Shown here: in pieces, positions 16,317 through 25,555 of the stretch
Position numbering within the stretch: position 1 is the first letter of the stretch
Layout: each line of letters starts with the position of its first letter
NCBI GenBank assembly: GCA_036559195.1
Contig: DATBTN010000042.1
Coordinates: forward strand, 1-48,929
Length of the DNA stretch: 48,929 nucleotides
From: Vulcanimicrobiaceae bacterium
GTDB taxonomy: Bacteria; Vulcanimicrobiota; Vulcanimicrobiia; Vulcanimicrobiales; Vulcanimicrobiaceae
Reading direction: 5' to 3'
Made by a program: the position numbers and the translations under genes
The notes under the pieces: generated by a model
Database searches by the model: none
Told to the model about the DNA's origin: nothing
What the model saw: only the letters and a program-made list of their open reading frames with translations

Positions 16317-17179
16317 GTCTCATCGCGATCGCGGCGCTTTCAATCGGTTTGGCAACGTCGCGCGATCTCACGTTTCGTTCGGCCGACGGAAGCGTCTTGT
16401 CGGCCACGCTCTCTGCGCCGGCGGCCGCCCAAGGCCGGCTCCCGGCGGTGGTGCTGCTTCACGGCAGCGGACCGCAGGATCGCAACGAAACGATCGGGCC
16501 GAACAAGATCTTCGGCGATCTGGCCGATGCGCTCAACGCGGCCGGCTTCGTCGTGCTTCGCTACGACAAGCGCGCGGTTGGGAAGAGCACCAGCGCGACG
16601 CCGGTCTCCAACGTCGTGCGGCAGAATTTTCTCGACGACGCGCGCGCGGCGGTGGAGGCGGCCGCCGCCGACCCGCACGTCGACGCGTCGCATCTGTACG
16701 TCATCGGCCACAGCGAGGGCGGCGAGCTCGCAATGGCGCTCGCGCTCGACGGCGTCCCCGTGCGCGGGCTCGTCCTGATGTCGCCGCTGCCGATGTCGTA
16801 CAAACGCATTATCGACCTGCAGCTCGCGCGCGAGCACGTGCCCGCCGAAATGGCCGCGCGCTTTCGGCTGGCGGAGAATCTGCCCTTTATCAAGAGTTAC
16901 GACGGCGTCGATCCGACGGCGGAGATCGCGGCCTTGCGCGTGCCGGCGTTCGTGATGCACGGCGGCAAAGACATTCAAGTGACCGGCGCGGACATCGCGC
17001 CGTTTCTGGCCGCAGCGCGGGACCGGCCGAACGTGACCGAGCGGGAGTTCCCCGACGACGATCACCTGTTCTTCGCGTTGCCTGCCGGCGTCGCTTCGAC
17101 GGGCGCCGAATACGTCGAACCGCACGGCGTGGACCCGTCGGCACTCGCAGCCATCGTCGCCTGGCTGCGCGCGCATTGA
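16313..17179 (+). CDS. alpha/beta hydrolase (secreted/lipid-anchored esterase-like)
   Basis: GTGA overlap with the SPFH gene. GHSEGG nucleophile elbow. N-terminal hydrophobic segment. Confidence 0.8.
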   Translation: MSLIAIAALSIGLATSRDLTFRSADGSVLSATLSAPAAAQGRLPAVVLLHGSGPQDRNETIGPNKIFGDLADALNAAGFVVLRYDKRAVGKSTSATPVSNVVRQNFLDDARAAVEAAAADPHVDASHLYVIGHSEGGELAMALALDGVPVRGLVLMSPLPMSYKRIIDLQLAREHVPAEMAARFRLAENLPFIKSYDGVDPTAEIAALRVPAFVMHGGKDIQVTGADIAPFLAAARDRPNVTEREFPDDDHLFFALPAGVASTGAEYVEPHGVDPSALAAIVAWLRAH

Positions 17180-17186
17180 CGCGGTC

Positions 17187-18899
17187 TTAATCCAAGTCGA
17201 GTACGCGCCGGGCGCGTTCGACCACGCCGCGCAGCGCGCCGCTGTCGAATGGCGAGCGAAGTCCCGCCGAGCGCACGAGCGCTTGAAACGGCGCCTCGCC
17301 GCCGCGCGCGCAGAGGGCCGTGTAATCGGCGAGCGCGCCGTCGTAATCGTCGAGCGATTTCACCCAGAACTGCAGCGCGCAGCACATTGCGAGCGTGTAG
17401 TCGATGTAGTAAAACGGCATTTGATAGATGTGGCGCTGATGTTGCCAAAACCCGCCGCGTTCGAGGTGATCGATACCGCCGTACCGGCGCCACGGAAGGT
17501 AGCGCTCCTCCACGTCTTTCCAAAACTGATGGCGCTGCGCCGGCGTTGCATCCGGGTGTTCGTAGACGAGATGCTGAAAGTGATCGACCGCGGCGCCGTA
17601 CGGTAAGAAGAGCAGCGACGTCTGCAGGTGCTGTTGACGGTACCGCGTCGCGTCGCCGTTGAAGAACCGTTCGAGTTGCGGCCAGGTGAAAAACTCCATC
17701 GACATGGAGTGTACCTCGCACGCCTCGTACGTCGGCCAGAGATAATCGAGCACCGGCGTCTCGCGGCTGGAGTAGTTTTGAAAGGCGTGCCCCATTTCGT
17801 GGACGAGCACGTTGACGTCGTGCGTGGTGCCGTTGAAATTGGCGAAGATAAACGGCAAGCCGTAGGTCGGAAACGACGTGCAAAATCCGCCGCCGGCCTT
17901 ACCGGCGCGATTCTGTAAATCCAGAAATCCGCCATCGATCATCAGGGTTCCAAACTCGCCTACGCGATCGCTCACGCCGTCGAAGGCCTTTCGCGCCGCG
18001 TCCATCATTCCGTCGAATCGCTGCGGCGGTTTCGGTGCATCCGCGCGGCTAAAGATATGCTCGTCCCAGAGCGCGATGCGGTCGAGTCCCAGTTCGCGCG
18101 CCTGCCGTTCGACGATGCGCTGCGCCAGCGGAACGACCTCGCGAACGATCTCGTCGCGATAGCGCGCCACGTCGCTCGGACCGTAGTCGGTGCGCGAAAG
18201 ACGGCGGTACGCCAGACCGACGAAGTTCTCGAAGCCGAGCTTCACGGCCATCCCGTGGCGCAACCCGACCAGGTCGTCGTAGATCCGGTCGAGATCGGCC
18301 CGGTTGGCGGCATAGAAGGCCCACTTCGCCTGCGCCGCTTCCCGGCGAACGTCGCGATCTGGGTGCTCGTCGAATTTGCCGATGCCGGAGAGATTCAATC
18401 GCTCACCGCGAAAATCGAAGCTCGCCTGCGCGAGCAGCGCGACGTAGTCGTCGCAGCGCTTGGATTCTTCGACCGAATCCGCTTCGATAACGGGCGTGTA
18501 GGAGCTAATGTCGGCCTGCCAGAGAGCGAACGCATACGAACCGATCTCGCGCTCGAGCGCGTCTCGCTGCGAGCTAGCGAGGAACAGCGCCTTGACGACG
18601 TTGTTCAACCCGGTTACCTTCGGGCGCAGAGCGTTTAGGAGATCGAGGTGCGCCTTGGCTGCCGCATCGCCGGTGTTTTGTTGAAAGCGCAGCTCGACGA
18701 GATTTCCCCACGTATCGAACGTCCGCCGCAGATCGTCCCACTCGCGAAAGACGTCGAGCCAGACCGATGCATCTTCCGAGTCGACGAGTCGCGAACGCAG
18801 CGATTCGTAACGGGCTTCGAGATCTGCAAGCGAGGGCGTTTGCGCGTCGACATCCGTAAAGCGACGCGCAGGCAAAAACTGCGGCGGTGTATCGAGCAT
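17187..18899 (-). CDS. M3-family oligoendopeptidase (PepF-like)
   Basis: 570 aa with the HEMGHAFQ zinc-binding HExxH motif and a conserved downstream E. Confidence 0.9.
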   Translation of the reverse strand: MLDTPPQFLPARRFTDVDAQTPSLADLEARYESLRSRLVDSEDASVWLDVFREWDDLRRTFDTWGNLVELRFQQNTGDAAAKAHLDLLNALRPKVTGLNNVVKALFLASSQRDALEREIGSYAFALWQADISSYTPVIEADSVEESKRCDDYVALLAQASFDFRGERLNLSGIGKFDEHPDRDVRREAAQAKWAFYAANRADLDRIYDDLVGLRHGMAVKLGFENFVGLAYRRLSRTDYGPSDVARYRDEIVREVVPLAQRIVERQARELGLDRIALWDEHIFSRADAPKPPQRFDGMMDAARKAFDGVSDRVGEFGTLMIDGGFLDLQNRAGKAGGGFCTSFPTYGLPFIFANFNGTTHDVNVLVHEMGHAFQNYSSRETPVLDYLWPTYEACEVHSMSMEFFTWPQLERFFNGDATRYRQQHLQTSLLFLPYGAAVDHFQHLVYEHPDATPAQRHQFWKDVEERYLPWRRYGGIDHLERGGFWQHQRHIYQMPFYYIDYTLAMCCALQFWVKSLDDYDGALADYTALCARGGEAPFQALVRSAGLRSPFDSGALRGVVERARRVLDLD

Positions 18900-18908
18900 T
18901 TCACGAGG

Positions 18909-19418
18909 CTACACCGTGGCGGGTTTATCACCTGTTTTGTGACGGACCAACAAATTGGCTATTGCCAAAACGACGCCGGCGAGAAGAAGAATCCCGGTTA
19001 CCTTGGCGGTGCTCAAGGCCGCGAGTCCGACGAGCGCATCGAGGGAGTAGGCGCCGAAACCGGCCGCCGCGAAGGCCAGAGCCCCGGCGATGTAGAGGCT
19101 CGGCATTTCCCAGCCGTTGCCGGTCGTGAAGAACCCGTTTCCGATATGGACGCTGAAGATCGCCACGAGCATGACGCATAGCACGATCGCCGGGCCGACC
19201 GCTCCCAGCAACCCGAGCGCAACCAGGAGTCCTCCGCCTAACTCACCGAGGCCCGCGGCAGCCGCAAAGAGCGTTCCGGGGCGGTAGCCGAGACCCTCAA
19301 AATAGCCGCCAGTGCCCTTGAGCCCGTAGCCGCCGAACCAGCCGAAGAGTTTTTGGGCCCCGTGGGCCGCGAGTCCCAGGCCGATGATGAGTCGTGCGAT
19401 CAAAAACAGGGCGTCCAT
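18909..19418 (-). CDS. DoxX-family membrane protein
   Basis: 169 aa with 4 TM segments. LIARLIIGLGLAAHGAQKLFGWFGGYGLKGTGGYF is typical of DoxX. Confidence 0.85.
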   Translation of the reverse strand: MDALFLIARLIIGLGLAAHGAQKLFGWFGGYGLKGTGGYFEGLGYRPGTLFAAAAGLGELGGGLLVALGLLGAVGPAIVLCVMLVAIFSVHIGNGFFTTGNGWEMPSLYIAGALAFAAAGFGAYSLDALVGLAALSTAKVTGILLLAGVVLAIANLLVRHKTGDKPATV

Positions 19419-19504
19419 CGTTTACTCCTTCGAGAAGTAGTTCTTGCTATAGTCTACTTACTTATGGTAGCCTAATAACGAAAGTATACGGAGCACGAGC
19501 ACTC

Positions 19505-19858
19505 ATGTCAACTAGCCGTTTAGAATCGTCGCCGGCCGCGCACCTCGATGCGGGGCTCTGCCCGCGCTTCCACCGCGCGGTTGAATTGATCGGACGCCGT
19601 TGGACCGGCGCGATCGTTCGTACGCTCCTCTCCGGCCCGAAACGCTTTAACGAGCTGCTGGCGGCGATCCACGGCATCTCGGACCGTCTGCTGACCGAGC
19701 GCCTACGGGAACTCGAGGCCGCCGGTATCGTGCGCCGCGAAGTACAAACGGCGTCGCCGGTTCGCGTGGTCTACACGCTTACCGAACGCGGCGAGCAGCT
19801 CGAACCCGCACTCGACGAACTCGGCAAGTGGGCCGAACGCTGGATCGAACTGCACTGA
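19505..19858 (+). CDS. HxlR-family transcriptional regulator
   Basis: CPRFHRAVELIGRRWTGAIVRTLLSGPKRFNELL... is a HxlR wHTH. Divergent from the doxX gene, a common pairing. The part of ORF 19394 upstream of the ATG at 19505 was rejected. Confidence 0.8.
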   Translation: MSTSRLESSPAAHLDAGLCPRFHRAVELIGRRWTGAIVRTLLSGPKRFNELLAAIHGISDRLLTERLRELEAAGIVRREVQTASPVRVVYTLTERGEQLEPALDELGKWAERWIELH

Positions 19859-22800
19859 AACGCCGGCTCGTCTTTGCCTGCGCGCTCCTGTCTTGCGCCT
19901 GGTTTTTCGCGGGCGCCGTGCGCGGCGCGCAAAACGCCTTCGGCGATCTGCACTACCGATGGATCGGGCCGGCCGTCATGGGCGGGCGTCTCGATGCGGT
20001 CGCCGGCGTGCCCGGCAATCCGAATCTCATCTATCTCGGCCACTCGTCGGGCGGCTTGTGGAAATCGAACGACGGCGGCCTGACGTTCGCGTCGGCGTTT
20101 GAGGCCGGAACGTCGTCTTCGATCGGTGCGATCGCCATCGAGAAGCGAGATCCCAACGTCGTCTACATCGGCACGGGCGAAGGCTTTCCGCGCAACACGG
20201 CCGAGGCCGGCGACGGGATTTGGCGGACGCGCGACGGCGCGAAGACGTGGACGCACCTGGGCCTGGCGCGCAGCGGCAGTATCGCGAAAATCGCCCTCGA
20301 CCCGGCCGACGATCGGGTCGTTCTGGCGGCGGCCATGGGCGACGAATTCGCGGCCGGCGGCGAGCGCGGCATCTATCGTTCCGCCGATGCGGGCGCACAT
20401 TGGTCGCGCGTGCTCTACGTCAATTCAACCACCGGTGGAAGCGACATCGCATTCGATCCCCGCCGCCCGAACATCGTGTACGCGGGCACGTTCGACTATT
20501 TGCGACGGCCGTGGACGATGCGCAGCGGCGGCGCGGGGAGCGGCCTGTGGCGCTCTTCCGACGCCGGCCGGAGCTGGTATCGACTCACCGGCGCGCGCGT
20601 TCGCAACGGACTTCCGAGCGGGCCGATCAACCGGGTCGGCGTGAGCGTCTGTGCGAGCGCCCCCAACGTCGTCTACGCCTTCGTCCCGGTGCGCGGCGGA
20701 ATGCTCTATCGAACGCTCGACGGCGGCGCGCACTGGAGTCTGCGCAACGCGAGCCAAGACATCAATTTTCGGCCGTTTTACTTCTCGCAAATACGCTGCG
20801 ATCCGCACGATCCGTCGCGCGTCTACGCCGTCGCCGGCGGGTTGCTCCGTTCGACCGACGGCGGCCGTACGTTTAAGGGCGCGGGAGGCGGCGGCGACAA
20901 CCACGATCTCTGGATCGATCCGCGCAATTCCAACCGCATGCTCGACGGCAGCGATATGGGCTTTCATTTTACGCTCGACGGCGGCAGGACGTGGAGCTAC
21001 GACGACGTCGTTCCGTTCGCTCAAGTGTATCGCGTGGGGTACGACTTCGCGCAGCCGTATCACGTGATGGGCGGAATGCAGGATCACGAAGTGTGGCGGG
21101 GACCGTCGACGAAATGGTCGCAGAGCGACGCGGTGGGCAATGGCGACTGGCTCAACATCTCCGATTGGGGCGACGGTCAATACGCAATGGCCGATCCGCG
21201 CGATCCGGCGATCGTTTACGAAGATACGCATTTCGGCGATTTGGCGCGTCTCGATTTGCGCACGCAAGAACGCCGAGACATCTCGCCGCAGCCGATCGTC
21301 GCTTTCGGAACCGGAGCCGGAACCTACAAATACCGTTTTAACTGGAGCGCGCCGCTGCTCGTCTCGCGGCTCGATCCCGACGTGCTGTACTTCGGCGGGA
21401 ACGTGCTCTTTAGGAGTGTGGATCGCGGAGATTCGTGGCGCGCGATCAGCCCCGACATCACGCGGTGCACGGCGGAGCAGTTGGCGGCGAGCGGCGGCCC
21501 GATCACTTTTGATAACACGAACGCCGAAACGTACTGCACGATCTACTCGATCGCCGAGGATGCCGCGAGCGCGCAGACGCTCTGGATCGGAACCGACGAC
21601 GGTCACATCTCGCTCACGCGCGACGGCGGTGCCACCTGGACCGACGTAACGGCGCGGCTTCCCGTTCCGGAGCCGGCGCGCGTCTATGCGATCGCCGCGT
21701 CGCCGACGCGGCCGGGCGTTGCGTACGCCGCCATCGACCGCCACCAGCAGAACGACTATCGCTCGTACGCGCTGGTAACGCGCGACTACGGCGCGACGTG
21801 GTCGCGCATCGATTCGGGGCTGGCCGGCTACGTGCACGTGATACGCGAAGACCCCGTCGATCCCGCGGTGCTTTATGCCGGCACCGAGTCCGGCGTCTTC
21901 GTGTCGCTCGACGGCGGATCGACCTGGTCCGACTTGCGGCTGGGCTTGCCGCACGTACCGGTTTACGACCTGGCGATCCATCCCAGGGATCACGATCTCA
22001 TCGTCGGCTCGCACGGGCGTGGATTCTATATTCTCGACGATCTCGGCGCGATCGAACATCTCGCGCGGGCGCGCGAGAGTGCCGGCCCCACGCTCTTTGC
22101 ACCGATGCCGGCGATCCGGTACGAATCCGCGACGTATCACCAAAGCGGGCGCGGCGCATTCGCCGCCGAGAACAAACCGTACGGGGCGTTGATCTCGTTT
22201 TACTTGCCTCGCGTTCCGCCCGCCGCACCAAGGAAAAAACCACAGGTTCAAGTGCAGATTCTCGATCGGAGCGGAACGGTCATCGACGCATTCGAAACGG
22301 CCGCGCACGCGGGAATCAACCGTACGGTGTGGGACTTGCGGATGCAACCGGCAGCGGGGCGCGCGCGGGTCGCCGACGCCCGTCCGTATTACGTCTTCTA
22401 CTCGCTGGCCTTGCGCGGACCACAGGTGCTGCCGGGGACCTACACCGTTCGGCTCAACGCGCTCGGCACGAGCGAGAACGCTCCAATCGAGGTCCGGATG
22501 AGCCCGCGCGACTCGGCAACGACGGCGGGGTTGCGCGCGCAGCAGACGGCGATCGAGCAACTGGTCGCAGCCGGAGAGAAGGGCGAGGTAGCCATCGCCC
22601 GGGTTACGGCGCTGAAACGCCGCATCGGCGCGTCGCTTACGAAAACGCGCGACGTGCGGCTGCGCGGCGACCTCGCATCGCTCTCCACAGCGCTCGACGG
22701 CGAACTCGACCGCCTGCGCAATGCGGACCCGAGCGGCTATCGCGCACCCGCTCGTCTCGTGGAACAGCTGGCCTACGTACGCGACACGATCGAATCGTAC

Positions 22801-22956
22801 GACGGGCCGCCGACGGCGGCGCAAACCGCGCTGATCGAGCGGTACGGCCGTCAAACCGACGAGGTGACCGCAGCTATCGACGGCCTTCTCGCCGCACGCC
22901 TGCCGGCGATCGACGCCGGCCTGCGGGCGCAGAACTTGGCCCCGCTGCAGCAGTAA
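19828..22956 (+). CDS. large secreted BNR/Asp-box-repeat (sortilin/VPS10-like beta-propeller) protein
   Basis: 1042 aa. Signal peptide LVFACALLSCAWFFAGAVRGA. Repeated S-x-D-x-G-x-T-W (Asp-box) motifs: SNDGGLTF, TRDGAKTW, SADAGAHW, SSDAGRSW, TLDGGAHW, STDGGRTF, TLDGGRTW, SVDRGDSW, TRDGGATW, TRDYGATW, SLDGGSTW. The start overlaps the hxlR 3' end by 31 nt. Confidence 0.75.
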   Translation: MGRTLDRTALKRRLVFACALLSCAWFFAGAVRGAQNAFGDLHYRWIGPAVMGGRLDAVAGVPGNPNLIYLGHSSGGLWKSNDGGLTFASAFEAGTSSSIGAIAIEKRDPNVVYIGTGEGFPRNTAEAGDGIWRTRDGAKTWTHLGLARSGSIAKIALDPADDRVVLAAAMGDEFAAGGERGIYRSADAGAHWSRVLYVNSTTGGSDIAFDPRRPNIVYAGTFDYLRRPWTMRSGGAGSGLWRSSDAGRSWYRLTGARVRNGLPSGPINRVGVSVCASAPNVVYAFVPVRGGMLYRTLDGGAHWSLRNASQDINFRPFYFSQIRCDPHDPSRVYAVAGGLLRSTDGGRTFKGAGGGGDNHDLWIDPRNSNRMLDGSDMGFHFTLDGGRTWSYDDVVPFAQVYRVGYDFAQPYHVMGGMQDHEVWRGPSTKWSQSDAVGNGDWLNISDWGDGQYAMADPRDPAIVYEDTHFGDLARLDLRTQERRDISPQPIVAFGTGAGTYKYRFNWSAPLLVSRLDPDVLYFGGNVLFRSVDRGDSWRAISPDITRCTAEQLAASGGPITFDNTNAETYCTIYSIAEDAASAQTLWIGTDDGHISLTRDGGATWTDVTARLPVPEPARVYAIAASPTRPGVAYAAIDRHQQNDYRSYALVTRDYGATWSRIDSGLAGYVHVIREDPVDPAVLYAGTESGVFVSLDGGSTWSDLRLGLPHVPVYDLAIHPRDHDLIVGSHGRGFYILDDLGAIEHLARARESAGPTLFAPMPAIRYESATYHQSGRGAFAAENKPYGALISFYLPRVPPAAPRKKPQVQVQILDRSGTVIDAFETAAHAGINRTVWDLRMQPAAGRARVADARPYYVFYSLALRGPQVLPGTYTVRLNALGTSENAPIEVRMSPRDSATTAGLRAQQTAIEQLVAAGEKGEVAIARVTALKRRIGASLTKTRDVRLRGDLASLSTALDGELDRLRNADPSGYRAPARLVEQLAYVRDTIESYDGPPTAAQTALIERYGRQTDEVTAAIDGLLAARLPAIDAGLRAQNLAPLQQ

Positions 22957-22974
22957 CGGCGGCCGAGCGGTCGA

Positions 22975-23142
22975 TTATCTTCGGTCGGGATGCTCTCCGC
23001 GTTCGATCTCACCGTCGGTAATCAGCCGTTCGTTCGAGAGCATCCCGGTATCGTCGGCGCTGATGATCGCATCTTTACGGCTCTCGTCATCGTCGTGGGG
23101 GTGCGCGCCGGCATCCGATTTCTTGGCCTGCTTTTCGTCCAT
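22975..23142 (-). CDS. candidate small acidic protein (55 aa), no family assigned
   Basis: MDEKQAKKSDAGAHPHDDDESRKDAIISADDTGMLSNERLITDGEIERGEHPDRR. Lies in the 230-bp gap between the BNR protein gene and the oxygenase gene. About 70% GC at third positions. Weak SD sequence. Confidence 0.3.
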   Translation of the reverse strand: MDEKQAKKSDAGAHPHDDDESRKDAIISADDTGMLSNERLITDGEIERGEHPDRR

Positions 23143-23206
23143 CCTGCACGGTTCTGCGGCAAGAAACGGAATGCATGCGTCACCATCCATGGCGTACCAT
23201 GGACGA

Positions 23207-23902
23207 ATGCTTATGCCCACGCTGGTCTCGGAGCAGACCGAGAGCGACCTTTGGGAACGAGGATACGCCTTGATTCCCGGCGCTATAGATTCCGCTCGAT
23301 GCGGCGAACTGCGCGACATGTACGAGGAACCTTCGCTTTTTCGATCGCGCGTCGTTATGGCGCGACATCATTTCGGTCGCGGCGAATATCAATATTTCGC
23401 GTATCCGCTTCCGGCACTCGTCGAAGGATTGCGAAACGGCGCCTACGCCCAACTCGCGCCGATTGCCGATCGCTGGAACGAGGCGTTGGGCGTGCCGGCG
23501 CGCTTTCCGGCGACGCAGCAGCAGTTTCTCGCGCAGTGTTTTGAAAGCGAGCAGCGGCGTCCGACGGCCTTGCTGCTGCGTTACGGTGCGGGCGACTACA
23601 ACTGCCTGCATCAAGACGTCTACGGCCCGGTTGCCTTCCCGTTTCAGTTAACCGCCTTTCTTAGCGAGCCGGGCGAGGACTTCGACGGCGGCGAGTTCGT
23701 CCTGGTCGAGGGACGCCCGCGCTCGCAGAGCCGCCCCATATGCATCGTGCCGCGCCGGGGCGACGTGCTGATCGTACCAAACAAGTACCGGCCCGTGCGG
23801 GGCGAGCGGGGCTTTTATCGCACGACCTTCCGGCACGGGGTGAGCGAGGTTCGCCGCGGCGAGCGTTTCACGCTCGGGATCATCCTGCACGACGCTCTTT
23901 AG
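23207..23902 (+). CDS. 2OG-Fe(II) oxygenase superfamily protein
   Basis: Conserved HxD...H facial triad context (LHQDVYG..., RTTFRHGVSEV). Start ambiguous among ATGs at 23189, 23207 and 23213. The upstream part of ORF 23063 is antisense to 22975-23142. Confidence 0.75.
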   Translation: MLMPTLVSEQTESDLWERGYALIPGAIDSARCGELRDMYEEPSLFRSRVVMARHHFGRGEYQYFAYPLPALVEGLRNGAYAQLAPIADRWNEALGVPARFPATQQQFLAQCFESEQRRPTALLLRYGAGDYNCLHQDVYGPVAFPFQLTAFLSEPGEDFDGGEFVLVEGRPRSQSRPICIVPRRGDVLIVPNKYRPVRGERGFYRTTFRHGVSEVRRGERFTLGIILHDAL

Positions 23903-23975
23903 CCGCGTCCGTTACGTTTTGCAGGCTCGCTGCGTTCTCTCTATCGAACCGTTTACCGACGACATGGGATCACGC

Positions 23976-24809
23976 ATGCAGATTTTTCGTACCGCCCTGG
24001 TGGCGATTCTCGCGGCCGGGATCCTCGGGGCAACGCCGGCGACCGGGACGCTATCGCCTCAAAAAACGCTGGCTCGCATTCGTGCGGTCTTCCGTTCGCA
24101 TCGCCCTCCGGCACCGTACGTTACGTATACGCTCGTGCGCGCGCAGCAAGCCGCGAACGGGTATCCGGATTATCCCAATAGCTACACCTATCATCTGTGG
24201 TGCCGCACCTCCGACAACGCATGCCTCGGACGCAAGGTCTTTCGTGAAGACGCGCGCGGTCCGCTCGAGTTTCTGCAGCCGGTCTTTAACGAAGACGTCG
24301 ATCCGGGTCCGCCGACGGCCGACCTCTTCCAGAAGGCGCGCGTGCGCCGTCAGGCCGGGGAGCCGAGTCCGACTCCCGCGCCGAGTCCGCCGCTCGCGGT
24401 CATCGGTTCGGTCACGGCGCTCGGCGAGACCGAATACAACGTGACCTCGATGGCGATCGAGGGGGAGTTGCTGCACGTGAGCGTCGTTCCGCGGCGCGAC
24501 GTCGATCGCAATCGCTTGCGCGAAATTTGGGTCGACAAACACACGTACGAGTTGAAGAAGATCGTCGCTACCGATAAGCTCTTCGTCTTACACGATAAGG
24601 TCTATCCGGTCGCCTTTACCATAACGATGGGCGAGCATCGCGGGCGGCCCGTCGTGACCGATATTCACGGCGTCGTGGGCGGCGGCTACGACGACGACGG
24701 GGCGATCGTCGATTACCACTTTGAGAATATTATCTTCCCCGTCTCGCTGCCGTCGTGGTATTTCAACCCCCGCGACTACGCGACGTACGCGAGCCAATCG
24801 CCGGAGTAG
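23976..24809 (+). CDS. secreted hypothetical protein, paralog of 1114-1851 and 28637-29611
   Basis: Signal peptide MQIFRTALVAILAAGILGA. Shared motif block ELLHVSVVPRRDVDRNRLREIWVDKHTYELKKIV. An alternative ATG lies at 23964. Confidence 0.6.
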   Translation: MQIFRTALVAILAAGILGATPATGTLSPQKTLARIRAVFRSHRPPAPYVTYTLVRAQQAANGYPDYPNSYTYHLWCRTSDNACLGRKVFREDARGPLEFLQPVFNEDVDPGPPTADLFQKARVRRQAGEPSPTPAPSPPLAVIGSVTALGETEYNVTSMAIEGELLHVSVVPRRDVDRNRLREIWVDKHTYELKKIVATDKLFVLHDKVYPVAFTITMGEHRGRPVVTDIHGVVGGGYDDDGAIVDYHFENIIFPVSLPSWYFNPRDYATYASQSPE

Positions 24810-24813
24810 CGAT

Positions 24814-25446
24814 TTACCGAACGAGCTTCGGAAACTCGTGGCGAAGGCGCACGACTTTCGGTAAATCGTTTATCACGATGTAGGGGTCGGCGGGATTGTG
24901 CAGCGCAAAGTCCTGGTGGTAGGCCTCTGCGGGATAGAACGCTTTAAGCGGCACGACTTGCGTAACGATCGGTTTATCGAACGCGCGGCGCTTTTTTAGC
25001 TCCGCGATCGCCGCGCGCGCTTCACGCGCTTGTTGCGGGGTAGCGAAGAAGATCGCCGATCGGTATTGCGAACCCGTGTCGGGACCCTGGTAGTTGCGCT
25101 CGGTCGGATCGTGCGCGACCATGAAGTACACGCGTAGAAGTTGATCGAACGAGATCTTCGACGGTTCGTACGTGATCTCGACCGATTCAGCCTGGCCGGT
25201 CTGCCCGGTGCTCACGATGTCGTAGTGCGCCGTGGCCGCGTTCCCGCCGGAATAGCCCGCCACGACCCGGTCGACGCCGGTCAGCTTTTCGAAGACGAGT
25301 TGCATGCCCCAGAAACATCCGCCGGCGAGCACGACGTGCTGCGTCGTCGAGGCCCGCGGCGGGGTTTGGGCCGCCGGAGCGGCGACCGGCGCGATGAGAC
25401 CGAACGGCAAGGCAAGCAGCGCGAGGAGCTGCACCGAATACTTCAT
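24814..25446 (-). CDS. msrA: peptide methionine sulfoxide reductase MsrA, secreted form
   Basis: Signal peptide plus the GCFWG catalytic motif. Start chosen at MKYSVQLL. Confidence 0.85.
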   Translation of the reverse strand: MKYSVQLLALLALPFGLIAPVAAPAAQTPPRASTTQHVVLAGGCFWGMQLVFEKLTGVDRVVAGYSGGNAATAHYDIVSTGQTGQAESVEITYEPSKISFDQLLRVYFMVAHDPTERNYQGPDTGSQYRSAIFFATPQQAREARAAIAELKKRRAFDKPIVTQVVPLKAFYPAEAYHQDFALHNPADPYIVINDLPKVVRLRHEFPKLVR

Positions 25447-25555
25447 GGAACGTTTCACGGTAGTATAACGCTATCGCCGCCGCCATGGATGACGGGCGGC
25501 CGTCGCGTCTTTTTCAGAGGATGGAGGCTCTTTCACACGATGCTCCGGATTTCGC

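Noticed and set aside
17187-17235. ACGCGCC-G-GGCGCGT hairpin near 17206-17222 as a terminator
   Set aside because: It lies inside the 3' end of the M3 peptidase coding sequence, with no following U-tract.
20220-23021. Long overlapping ORFs 20099-20644(+), 20220-20876(+), 20425-22854(-, 809 aa), 21798-23021(+, 407 aa)
   Set aside because: All lie inside the 1042-aa BNR/sortilin-like gene in other frames or antisense. Their translations are dominated by R, A, G and P with no motifs. The in-frame gene shows 11 Asp-box repeats and a signal peptide.
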